Source: Pecten maximus (Eukaryota). From it: a stretch of 64,000 bases of DNA. Positions within the stretch are counted from its first letter, which is position 1. Each line of letters starts with the position of its first letter. The stretch lies in contig NC_047029.1 in NCBI RefSeq assembly GCF_902652985.1, positions 13,082,001-13,146,000 of the forward strand, read 5' to 3'. Positions 25,818 to 37,576 of the stretch are shown here, piece after piece. Position numbers and translations under genes: made by a program. The notes below the pieces were generated by a model. It ran no database searches and was not told the DNA's origin. It was given only the letters and a program-made list of their open reading frames with translations.

Positions 25818-27660
25818 CTAGAGCATGTATTCTTTAAAACTGGATTTCCTTAGATTGGTCGAAGAATGCTTATACACTCCGAGGTAGTAGAGGACACTTG
25901 CGGTTTGTGCACACATGCCTACCGTCCTCTGACCAGAAGGACATGTGCAGTAGTATGCCTGTATCGGATTTGGTGCATCATGATATAAAATCCAGATGTT
26001 ATATTTGGTTTGTGATCTATGATGTGACCTTAGCTGACAGCGTGATAGGTCATCGGAGTGCTGGTATGCCATGACCTCATAGTCTCCGTCATCACTGAGA
26101 TGCTCGGTTATATAACCGTTAGCCAACTTCAGCTGGTATGTTCCACACGCCAATGTTTTCAAGTAATCCTCAGAGAGTTTTGGTAAGGTAACATCAGTCG
26201 CCTCAAGCTTTTGCCAGTAATATTGGGCACGTTTGGATAACGCCGGTTCATTCTTCACACTTTGTGCAAGCTCATTAACCTTAGTTGATAACCCTTTCAT
26301 TTGTTCAGCCATTGCCCTGTCTTTCAGCACCTGTTCAGAAGAAGGTTCATATATAGAACCACGGAGGAAGTTCAGGGAAGCGGTTACAACCTTTACGAGT
26401 GTTGCAATGATGTCAGTGAAGTGATTAGATGAGAGTTCTGTCTGAAAGAATTTAAATTTCTTACATCTTGCGTGATAGCTAGCTCTCAACAACCCATCTC
26501 GTTTCTGTGATGCATCTATCAGTGTTGGCTTCAAGAGAATCATGCTGGCTCTTTCCTGGCTGGAGAAAGGATGACATGTGATGTCCATATCCCACTTCAG
26601 AGATGTCTTTAAGAACATCCCTGAATCCATGATCTACGATGATACGGTCCTCTGGCTGCAGGAGAGGATTCAGGCTTTCAATTCCGTCAAGGATTTTCTT
26701 GGTTGTTGTAGCGTCATTTTCACTCCCAAAAAATGGCCCAACCGTGTCAAAGACGTATCCATCTGGGAAAACTACACCATAAATTTGATATAGTTTCTTT
26801 TTTCCTGCCCGCAGTAACTTTTTCTTTGAAACTCGTGATCGCCACTCTTTCCAATATAGATGTACGTTCCATCTAAAACAACTGTGACATTATCACTAAA
26901 GAAAGTCTTGGTGAATGCAGTGTTATGGTTGATGGCGTTTTCTCTAGAAATATGTTCAGATCCCAGATACAATGGAACAACTGTCGCCTCGAGAGATTGA
27001 GCAACATTGTGGAATATTCTACTGACTCAGGATATATGCAGGTTGAATAGGGATGCCAACTGTGTAAAGGATATGTCCGTTTTGAGTTTGACCCAAAACA
27101 AGAGGAGATAATCTAATCTTCTGTTGACAAACACTGGGAAGATATTAGATGTGCACATCGGCTATGAAGCTCTTGCAGCTGCTCCATGTTCCACCGAGTC
27201 CAAGCCAGACAGTCTTGGTCATCCATATTTTTTAGATTGAAAGAAAAGGATGTCTTTCCACTACCAAGTTGGTACGATAATCTCAGAAGATCATTGATCA
27301 CCTCGTCATGTTTATCTGGAAGATAGAGTGACAACTTTTCCTTTCCAGCAGCAGTAATTGGAAAATTAGGATCCAAGTCTTTCCCAATAAAGTGGTCTGC
27401 GCATGATATCGCAGACTTAGAGACCCATATCCTGTGAAACAAGATCAATTGGAACCTAGCCTTTTCAGGAATTGTGGCAGTTTGTTCAGTATATGAAAGG
27501 CACAGGCAACATTTCCTGTGAGAGGATGGAGTGAAAAAGAGGTCATCAACCGTAGGACCGATTGAGACACTTTCTTCCTCAACAGGATTGTAGTTGCTTT
27601 TCTTAGACTCATATGTATTTGAGTCATCTACCATGGGCTCTGACTTTGGACGCTTCCTTA
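25818..27660 (-). pseudogene. Frameshifted transposase: Cys/His N-terminal finger, HTH, DDE core, C-terminal SWIM finger
   Basis: Fragments HRKCCLC...CADH, VVLDGTYIYIGKSG..FQRKSY and YHARCKKFKFF, plus YYCTCPSGQRTVGMCAQ..SVLYYLG (SWIM-like CxC..CxH with His replaced). Split over several frames. Confidence 0.8.
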
Positions 27661-27799
27661 AATATACATATAAATAAATAACTAGTGAAAAATCTCACTG
27701 GAAAGTCATTTACTTTGTTCATGCTATCATATTTTGTCACAATGACACGACAGAAAAGTTTGAAACACGTAGAAAAATTGTACTCGGGGTTTAAATTAA

Positions 27800-27860
27800 A
27801 CTAAAAACGATTCAAGTACATGTATTAAACTTTAATACATGTACTTGAATCGTTTTTAGT
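27800..27860. repeat. Perfect palindrome, 30-bp arms with 1-nt loop
   Basis: ACTAAAAACGATTCAAGTACATGTATTAAA-C-TTTAATACATGTACTTGAATCGTTTTTAGT. Confidence 0.95.
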
Positions 27861-27944
27861 CATTCCACAGATTTAACGAAGAAAAGTTTCAAATAAAACA
27901 TAAATTATGCAATAGAAATTCATAATTTTGTCATATTTTCTTCA

Positions 27945-28745
27945 AAACTAGTTCATTTTGCTGAAGAAAGTCATTCTTTGGGAACAAATAATCTCTCATT
28001 AAGGCACTAGTAGCTTTTGAATTTTTTGTCCGGGTTTTGTTGATTTTGGGGGGTAGGGGAGATAAACATAATATTTCTCTTACTTGCCAGGGACCTACTA
28101 TCTTGATATTTTTGTAATGTTTCACAAGGATATCAAAGATGTTTTTAAAACACGTTCACTGTCTGCACTCGGGGTTTTAGATACATCTGTTGATATTTTT
28201 CCGAATTACTGAAATCAAAATGACGAAAAAAGTATCCCTGTCTGCCATCTTTTTCATGTATATTGTGAATTCTGCAAAATAAATTCACAAGTCGGGCGTA
28301 TGATACTCAAAGCTAGTTCATTCAGGTTTATTATAATCCATCTTTGGTAAAAAAAAATATGTTCTCACTTAGATGTTAGCGGCCATTGAATATTTTCCCC
28401 GTTCTTTGTGATTTTTGGGGGTAGGGGAAATAAACATGATATTTCTCTTACTTGCCAGGGACCTACTATCTTGATATTTTTGTAATGTTTCACAAGGATA
28501 TCAAAGATGTTTTTAAAACACTTTCACTGTCTGCACTCGGGATTTTAGATACATCTGTTGATATTTTTCTGAATTACTGAAATCAAAATGACGAAAAAAG
28601 TATCCCTGTCTGCCACCCATTTTCATGTATTATGTAAATTACGCAAAATAAATTCACAAGTCGGGCATACAATATTAAAAAATAGTTCATTTTGGTCGAG
28701 TGTGTTTATGGTAAAACAGAAAATATTTTTTCATTAAGATACTAG
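27945..28745. repeat. Tandem duplication of about 368 bp (just over 2 units) inside the transposon
   Basis: 28042-28323 and 28410-28692 are near-identical (CTTACTTGCCAGGGACCTACTATCTTGATATTTTTG...). Confidence 0.9.
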
Positions 28746-29514
28746 CGCCATTTGAAATCTCTTGGTAAAATTTTCAACCGAAATCAGTAAAAGGTGGCGC
28801 TGTAATCGCACCAAAAATAAAAATTAAAAATTATAGGCCATTCCATGTGTATTTTGACATCTTTTATCAAAATAAAATGTTTTACAAAGAATTCCTTCGT
28901 GGGCCATCCTGCAACAGGTCCTTTGCGTGTCTGTGTTAACATTTGTTTTAGACAATGAAGATTTTTTAATAGCATTGAAATGAGAATACAGAGATGATAG
29001 TATTTTTTCCATAAAAAAATTAAGTAGGTAAATAAAACTCCATTACACAGCTGTTTCCTTCGCCAAGGATTCGTTTGTAATGGATGGAGGTACAGTTTAA
29101 TATAGAACAAATGTTAGCAACTAAGTTTTAATATATTTTGGGATTTCTGGATATTGCATAAATGCAATAGAACCTTGAATGTTTAGCTCGTAACATTATT
29201 ATTAGACGGTAGACGCGAGAGGATAACAACTATGGGAATTTAACTCTAATGAAGCCTATTCTAAAGAAGATTTGTTTGATTTCATGTCCTTTCGACAACC
29301 TTTTTTTTGTCATTATTGAAGGATGATCAACTTTGTCACATATCTATCTAGAATTGTCTTTTCTAACAAATGACTACATCCTTTTATCGCAAATGTCGGA
29401 CAATATTGAATAAATTACATATTCATAGCATGAGGCGTTTCCAATGTAAACACCAGTGACAAGTATGATATAATGTGACATTATTTAAGCCTTGCGTAAA
29501 TAGTAGTATCTAAT

Positions 29515-30300
29515 ATGATAAATAGAGAATATTACACGGTAAAATCCATATAAAATGCCACATCAGCCCGAAGACCCAATATCAGACCGAGGACTTTAGC
29601 CTGTGGTAGGATGTTGATCGAGGACTGATATGACATGTGATATCGATTTTACCATATTTTATTCTGTTTATCATATACTTAGACACTGAATGTTTGATTC
29701 AAATTTTTGATAAAACAGCAACAACCGATACTGCCGATAAGCATTATTTTTTTAAGTAACAATTAAGTTAACAGTATCAAATGTAAACTCCTCTTTAGTG
29801 TTCTCCAATGTTCTCGTTTTTAGTCTTTAGCTAATAGGGCCTCATATTTGAGTGTTTTTCAGCTTTTCTTACCGTATTCTGGTTTCTCATTTTTTCAACA
29901 AATTGCCGAGTTTACGCATCAGACTCGATGTGCTCTCTCACTGTGACATCATCATTGGAATTTATCTGTTTTCCTGCACTTGTTGATTAACTCTAAATTG
30001 TTTATTGTTTGTTTTGTCTTGAGCTAAGGTAATCAAGCTCCATAATTCTGTCTGATAACGAATTCGACACACGTTCCCCTTCCGACATTCTAACCGGTGT
30101 TAACAAAGGAAATGGTCGTCTGCTGGGTTATAAGATAAATAATCAAACACGGGGCTGTAACGTAACATGGATATCTTAGGGATATATTAGCTCTTGTGTT
30201 AGAACTTAGCTGGTCAGCACTCGGCAGTCCTCGTTCTAACTAGCCAAACTCTTATACTCGAGTTAAGATATCCCTGTTCACGGAAGATTATATTAATACA
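29515..30300. mobile_element. Degenerate hairpin-bearing non-autonomous elements (Crypton-like); the 30140-30300 part is an inverted relative of 46991-47406
   Basis: Starts with AATAGAGAATATTACACGG. CAGCACTCGGCAG.CCTCG...CCAAACTCTTA.ACTCGAGTT.AGATATCCCTG is the reverse complement of the 47025-47085 sequence. Confidence 0.5.
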
Positions 30301-31156
30301 CTACACGGGTTGCGATGCTTGTGTGTTGATTAGGCAAAGTATTACACATAGATTGTTCTTTTGCTGTTTTTCAATCTAAGGAAAATTTAATCCGTTTTCT
30401 AAATGCACCGAAATATATATTAACAGTTATTTGTGTAGCAGCGAAAATCATTTTCTCACTTAACTTTCTTCCATCAGTGCATATAAAAAGAGGAAGGTTG
30501 AAAACCAATAGCTGTGATACCCCTACATCAAATTTACATCATTTTGTTGTCCTTTGATTCAATGATAACTCACTTGTTATACATGCCGGTATCAACATGT
30601 ACATTGCTAACTACGTGTAAATTATGTGAAATTCGACCAATCCCATGTTTCCCCATGTGGATGATATGGCAATGAAACCAATGCGGTTGAAATTGTATTC
30701 ACTTAACCTTTAGACTGCCGAAAACTCTGATCCGCCGATTTGAAATACAGTTTCAAATCGGCCCTATCGGTCCACGGCAGTTAACGCGACTAATTTGTTT
30801 CAGAATCAACAACCACCGTTGCTCCATCAATCAAAACAAACCTGATGTCCTTGTGACAAGGCATTTCAATTCACCTAGACATTGTTGGAAGGACATGCAG
30901 GTGGTTTCTATTGATCATTGCCCTACATGGGATGAAACGAAGCGTCGGGTGAAAGCCACTGGATTACCAACTTACAAACCCGCTACCCTCGTAGTTTGAA
31001 CGAACATTAAAGGTTTTGTTCTCCATTTGACCCCATGCTGGTATCTGACAATTCATCTAATTAATTATTCAATTTGTAAATATTGTCTTAATTCCTGAAC
31101 TATTGTTTTTGGACATCCTCATTCCTCGTATGTCCTACATTACATGGCTGCTATTC

Positions 31157-31350
31157 GATACTCAATTGGGCCGTCTCCCGTCGTCGACAATACATTGCAT
31201 GCAACGATACTCAATTTGGTCGCCTCTCGTCGTCAATAATATATTGCGCGCAACGATACTCAATTTGGTCGCCTCTCGTCGTCGACAATATTTTACATTA
31301 TACATTGCTTCAACGATACTCAAATTCAGTCGCCTCCCGTCGTCGACCTT
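31157..31350. repeat. Minisatellite, 4 copies of a 49-60-bp unit
   Basis: GATACTCAATTTGGTCGCCTCTCGTCGTCGACAAT-like units at 31157, 31206, 31255 and 31315. Confidence 0.9.
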
Positions 31351-31555
31351 TTTCTCGACAGTCCCAAATAGTCTATCCCATAGTAACATTTCGGCACTCT
31401 TAATTTTTGTTTGTACACTCCCGATATTTTTTTTTCATAAAATTTTGTAGTCTTTAAAGGATATTTTGAGAGTTCTCCAGACTTTATACTAAATCTATTT
31501 ATAGCCCTCATCGGCCATGACGTCAATTATGTGTTGCGTATCAGTGATTCGTGAA

Positions 31556-33041
31556 ATGGCAACATCTGGTCCTATTTTAGCGTAAAACTAACACCAGACG
31601 GCGTACCTGGGGCATCATTAGATACCCAAAATATTGGGAGATATTCTACACTTCAACTGAAGCGATGGTTGGAATGCAGAGGCCTTCCGACAACCGGCAA
31701 CATGTCCGATCTTATACAAAGGTATCGTATCCTATAGATGATCTTGATGTCAATCTGGATAATTGATATGTTATTCAGCTTTTTAAGGGTGTTTATGAAG
31801 TTAAATTAGTCGTCATAGCATCACAAGTGACTATGACTTAAAGCATCGAAAAACATGCATTGATAAACTGAACCTCGATTGTCTGTTAAAAGTGAAAGTG
31901 AAAGTTGAGCTACGTGTACGAGAGGTGGCGGGGTAAGAAGTTACCGATTTGGGAACAATGTCTGGAATATTTCGGATTTGATAAATTAACAGCTAGTACA
32001 TGTGATAGTGCGTAACCCAATAATCCCATTTTGGAATGTAAGGGCCGATGTAATCACGTATCCGCCCTGTTGTTCGCAGTAGAATACTATACCATGCAGA
32101 TTGCATTTGACAGTCCAGCTTGCACCAGTCAGCTGTGTGGATGAATGTTGGAAGGAAAAGAAAGAAAAACCCATCAAACCCAATACGGCAAGAAATCAGC
32201 TCCAGACCGTATCATAAAACATGACCCTAGGGTAAGCGGAACTAAGGAGGATGACATGAAATTTATCAATGGTTTCATCGCCAGGCTTCCAAACACAGGC
32301 AACAACAGTGTGTTCAGTTATCTACTGGAAATCAATTATGAGGACTATGAAGTTGACAAAGTAAGTTTGAGGGCACGGGTACCAAATATTAGGAACAAGC
32401 GAAATCAGAAAAATGGCACCGTGCCAGGTCTTGCAGAATTACTGCTAAAGATGCAGTTACCACCCAATCTAAGCGGGGGCTATTCAATCTTCTCAACAGG
32501 AATGTTTGGGGCCAGGACAGACAGGAGTTTAAAGCTATGACTTAAGGTAAGGAACATAAGAGTGATGCATTCACTTCCTACATACCAAGACCAGGAGAAC
32601 ATCTGTCTAAGGACCGATCCAAAGTTTCCAGGATTAGGCTGGAGTCCAGATGGCTTGCTAAAGGATGAATATGGGAAATTGTTAGGGATACTAGAAATCA
32701 AGTGTCGTATGCTCTCCCGGATTTCTCCTTTAGTTATGGAGGAACTTGAACTAACTGGAAGAAGAATTTGTGTTGTAATAGCACATGAGGCACATCACGT
32801 TTCAAGAGGCCACACAAATACTTTTACTAAATCCAGGTGCAAATGTCTATTTCAGAAGTTGACTTCTGTGACTTCATTATTTGGTCCCCCTTAGGTATGG
32901 CTACGGAAAGATGACAGTTTCTGGAAATCCTGGTATCCGCAATTGGACAGTTTTCTACAAAAATGTGTTACTCCCAGAATACAAATGTACTTTGAAATGC
33001 GTGTTCCTAGACGACTTCTCCCGATTATTCTTGATGAATAG
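31556..33041 (+). pseudogene. Decayed SAP-domain + YqaJ/lambda-exonuclease (PD-(D/E)xK) gene of transposon type
   Basis: First exon LTPDGVPGASL...LQLKRWLECRGLPTTGNMSDLIQR|gt (SAP-like). Downstream LGWSPDGLL...ILEIKC and, after a frameshift, IQVQMSISEVDFCDFIIWSP. Stops and frameshifts present. Confidence 0.75.
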
Positions 33042-34198
33042 CTAAAGAGCAAAAGAATATAAAACGTTATATTTTCTACGAGTATGTTACAACACTCACA
33101 CTTAATGTTAATTAAAAAAATTAAAAGTCACTGCAACCATTTATGATAGATATCTAACAAATAAAGAATATAAACATTGCGGTCTCGATCTGATTCATAA
33201 ATTACCGCTCGTAACCTGATACTGCGCATGCGCCTAAGCCGAGAAAGAAGCAACATGGCGGACGTAAACACGTAAAGGCAATTAACGGGGACATGAAAGT
33301 TACCTCACGGAAAGTGCCAGAAAGCGTAAGAGGAATAAGTCAGACAAGAAAAGAGTACAAGCAGTAATCTATATTAGACAGGAGATTGATAGATGGCGAA
33401 AGTTGAAGGAGGATCTTGGACTGAATACGGACAGGTTAGCTTAACTTTAGCATATAATTCTTGCGTATCCAATTGCCGATGATTGTAATCCGGTATCCAG
33501 TGTTGAACCTATAAGTATGTTATGAATAATACTCCTGAAAGTGTCCTTTGATAATGATTGAATGATACTAGTTGTATTATTAGCTTGAATAGTACTTTGA
33601 CAACCTGTGTGTTCGTTGTTGAACGTGAGATGGGGCCCAATATTTGGAACTTTTTCAATGTGTGATATATTTCTTTATTTGATACCATGTTCAATTCTAT
33701 TAAAATTCTATCTATAGTCAGTACATATTATAATAAATGTATTTTCCTTTTTATTTCAGGTACATTGTGCAAGATAAAATCAGTATTATATAAAAAAAAA
33801 ATATAATAAAACATGTTGAAAAATGTACAGTAGCAAGATCTGTGATAAACATACTTCAATGCCGCGTCTGTAATTAAACTTTTTGAAGAAATAACATGAA
33901 GTTTCTACTATTTGGATAACAAACCAATAATACAGTTCAAGTTTACCTCAATATTATGTTAACACACATATTGCATTATGAATCGATTCTACTTTGACTT
34001 TTCACATATAAGTATCAAGATACGTAACTGCGGCGAATTCAGTTTTGACATATACCAGGCCATTCGAAACACCTTGCCCGATTAGTGCCTCCCATCAAGG
34101 GGGAGTTCGGTGTGACCTCCGCACGGCTGATATAGAAAACTTGTCGATTTGTTTACAATATCGCACCTTTACACCTCAGTGTACATTGTAGACCAGAA

Positions 34199-34405
34199 AG
34201 AGCTTATCTAAGATATTTTTTTGTGAAACAGTTACAATATTATCATTGTATTATTTATTTTCATGTAAAACCATATGAACTGTCTAATTTGAGCTTTTCA
34301 CATTGTTTTTAATAATAATAATAAAGCCGGCACGACATATATAACACTAATACAATGATGATATTGTAACTGTTTCACTTTTTTTTTTAATTTTAGATAA
34401 GCTCT
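34199..34405. repeat. Inverted repeat / MITE-like hairpin (~55-bp arms)
   Basis: AGAGCTTATCTAA...GTGAAACAGTTACAATATTATCATTGTATTA versus TAATACAATGATGATATTGTAACTGTTTCAC...TTAGATAAGCTCT. Confidence 0.75.
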
Positions 34406-35899
34406 CTTAATTTTTTCAGGTTTATATTTCACACAACTGACTGCCATTCGTCGGCTAGTCGACTTTTCTCAAACTTTCATACAAAAACTCAATTACTGAT
34501 CAACACCAGTCATTTATTGACATCAACTAGTTGGCATAAATATTATAAGTATATACGGTATATATGGTATTTAAGATTCCTTGATCATATTTGATGATAT
34601 TGAATATTTATGCTGGCGTAATGTTGGGAGTACAAATGACATGATCCACCTTAACAACTCAATATACACCTACATGTACTTATATTTAGCTGTCACGATT
34701 ACATTATTCAACATCAGATGTTCATAGGTTTAATTTTCAGTATAGTGTTCCTTATTTAGGCTGTCCTTACACTGTAGATAGATCGCATGACAATAATACT
34801 AAATAGGTCACCTATACATCGTCATGAAGATGGTGTAATATTCATAAAAACTCATGTTGATAAATACTGGTACGTTTAAGATAACCGCATAGATGTACAC
34901 GAACATATGACATTTGTCTTCTGCTTCGTCTATAAAACGGAATCAGTTAGAAAGAGGTAAGTCTACTAAATTCTCACGTGGTGTGTAATCGAGAGATCAA
35001 TGAATATATCAGAATGTTATCGAATGAGTCATGAATTTCTTGCCACGTATGGAAAAGACAGATCGCTATTGTTTTTGAGGTTTGAGTGATAAACGGTTAA
35101 TCTGTAATTGATTTATTTTCGATTTTGTCCTCATCAACATGCTTATATATATGTGTGTAGCAATTCTGACACTGTGTTGGAGTTTGACGATGGCCGATAG
35201 CGGCCGTACATATAATACACCTAGTTATACATAAATATGTACTAAATGTCAAGTTTCATTAGGTACATTTAAAACTTTCAAAAAGAAAACATGTACAGAA
35301 TTTTATGAGGATCGACTGAGGATTTGAGGAATCCTGACCTTAAAGCTTTGTAGTCTACCTATGTATTTCACCAGTTTTATATTTCACGTTGTCCACTGAA
35401 ATGGTCTGTTGAACCTCTGGAATGTATGAGTGCGTTCGTTTAGCCCTGTAGAGACCAACCAACCAATTGTTTTCCCATAGACTTTAGTGTTAACGTTTTG
35501 GAGTATTTCATTCAAATTCTTGTATTCAATATGACAATTATGGTTTATAACAAAAGTTTAGGGTCTGATATAACACCTAATCAAAAAAAAAGTTGGGTCA
35601 TTCAGCTCAAATTTTCTCCAGGGTAGCCATTTTGAAAATAGGTGAATTTCGCAGTAAAAGTTCTCAAAAATCTTAAATGTTTACCTGTTTATTATTATTA
35701 CCTGAACTTTTGGGGAAAAAATCAATCGGACTTACGAAATTTATATCAACATTTCTTATTGAGAGTTACCTATCAGGCTACATATCTATTTTCTCACTTC
35801 ATAACATACTGGCCAATCAGTGGCTGCCAGACATTTTATCCTTAGCTCAACTTTCTATACACAGGGGCTGTTTCAAAAATATAGTTTTTCAATTGGTTG

Positions 35900-36403
35900 G
35901 TTGTTCCCTGTACGTTGTATTACGCCTCGCCAATTTTAACTTTCTGTGTGCTCTGCTTTCGGCTTTCCACATCTTCTTCTCGTCGTCTGAATTATCTGCT
36001 ATAGAGTTAGTGTCATTCTCAGACACAGTTCTCCATCCCAACTCTGAGCTATCTGCCAATTTTATAGGTTTCTGTCTTCGTTCTCATATAGCCATACCTT
36101 CTTCTATCTTCTCCAATGCCTGCTCGTTTTCACGGCGACCTCTGCCTCTTTTATCTTCTGTCCAATTTTAGCGTTCACTTTGAATTGTGCTTCGTTGCCC
36201 TTTTTGTTGAATTTGTATGTGTCAGTCGATATAAGTCCAATTTTGGCCACCTGAACCTCACTCAGAGCCTTTTAGCTCTCGTACATCTCCTGCTGGAAAT
36301 TTGTTTGTTTTGCCGTCATTAGCTCCCCTAGTCTGTTAAGCATGGCGCCCTGCGAGTCCTTGTCTGTATTTTCCACCAGCGATGTTATTTCTCTCTGTTC
36401 CAT
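35900..36403 (-). mobile_element. DIRS/Ngaro-type retroelement gag (ORF1) relic
   Basis: Minus-strand YKFNKKGNEAQFKVN...EEGM...RQKPIKLADSSELGWRTVSE...IADNSDDEKKMWKAESRA, matching the gag-like signature of invertebrate tyrosine-recombinase retroelements. Contains stops. Confidence 0.65.
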
Positions 36404-37576
36404 TTTTCTAACGTTGTTCTGTCTTGCGGGTCTCTGGCTAGAATGACTCTATCACACCTGTATTCCCATTTATCACGTGTTACCTTCACACAAATCTCGT
36501 ACACCTTGCCACTACTCATGAATATTCATACATGCTAATATTCATTTACGAAACTCCAAGACATATATTTCCTGCTATACTCCGTAACGCAGGAAAGTTA
36601 CATTTCACTATACGAACGAATACATGTGACCTTTTTGGTTAGGCAGGGAATTTGTCTAGGATGCAGTATAATCGTAATTCATGTGTTTTCGGCAGCATAG
36701 TATTTTAATCATTTAACCCCTTTTAGGAAATATTAGGCTTACTGGACCAAATTGCGGCTTGATCTTTTGATAGTTGACTTTACATTATCGTCCCATCGCC
36801 GAAAAATCACCAGTCGTCAAGGCGACACCATGGCACTTTTTGCTGGTCAAAGGAGACGAGCCTTTTAAAAAGCTCACAAATAGTCTTTTTACCGCTATTT
36901 ATGTTTACGGTCAGCATCTTTCCAAATTAAACCACGTATGCATTGGAACCATCATACATGAGGCATATTAGGAAATTGATATTCACTCAAACAATACAAC
37001 GAATGGCATTGAAGGATATTGCTGATGACATTTTTGAGAATAAGAAATAAGAACAACTTTGTCATCCCATTAAGATAAAGCGCCATCATACATGGCTGAT
37101 AGTTGCATTTGGTGTACCTATACTTCTTTAAATGAATTTAAAGAAATAAATTACCTTGACTTATTTCAGAGTCAGTGTGGATTTCAAACAACATTAACGT
37201 AAACGTCATTTGGAATATATCTCAGATAAATTAGTTTGAACTGAAGACCATCGAGAGGTTTTTCAATGTGATCTGACAATTTACAAAAGTAGCCTGTAAC
37301 ATTCATAAGTCTGATACAAAGAGGGTAATAAAACCTGAGTCATTTTATCTGTATTTTCATTATGACTTGTTTATGTTAATCGTATCGATATTTTATCCAT
37401 GTGTAGCCATGAACTGAATTAAAAACTAAGATTCGTTAACTTTATCAAAAATTATTATTTGTTTATGTCGCAAAGTAGAAGTAATCAGGTCAATAGTTTT
37501 AAATTTCACAATAATGAGGAATAGTTGAATGTAGAATACAAAATAGCAGTTTTGCATCAAATCACAGGAGAGCACC

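Larger units (their letters stand above)
24422..28922 (-). mobile_element. 4.5-kb TIR DNA transposon with a decayed DDE_Tnp_4-like + SWIM transposase (Kolobok-like or PHIS-group; superfamily uncertain)
   Basis: 14-bp TIR AGGACCTGTTGCAG (24422-24435) / CTGCAACAGGTCCT (28909-28922), with a subterminal TGGCCCAC at both ends. Left flank TTAA, right flank TTGC. Confidence 0.82.

Noticed and set aside
28042-28692. Long terminal direct repeats of a KolobokP-type composite element
   Set aside because: The repeats are adjacent and internal and lack the TIR. No matching repeat is found at the other end.
31157-31350. Repeat-spacer (CRISPR-like) appearance
   Set aside because: The linkers are short and related to each other (ACATTGC..CAAC), so this is a minisatellite.
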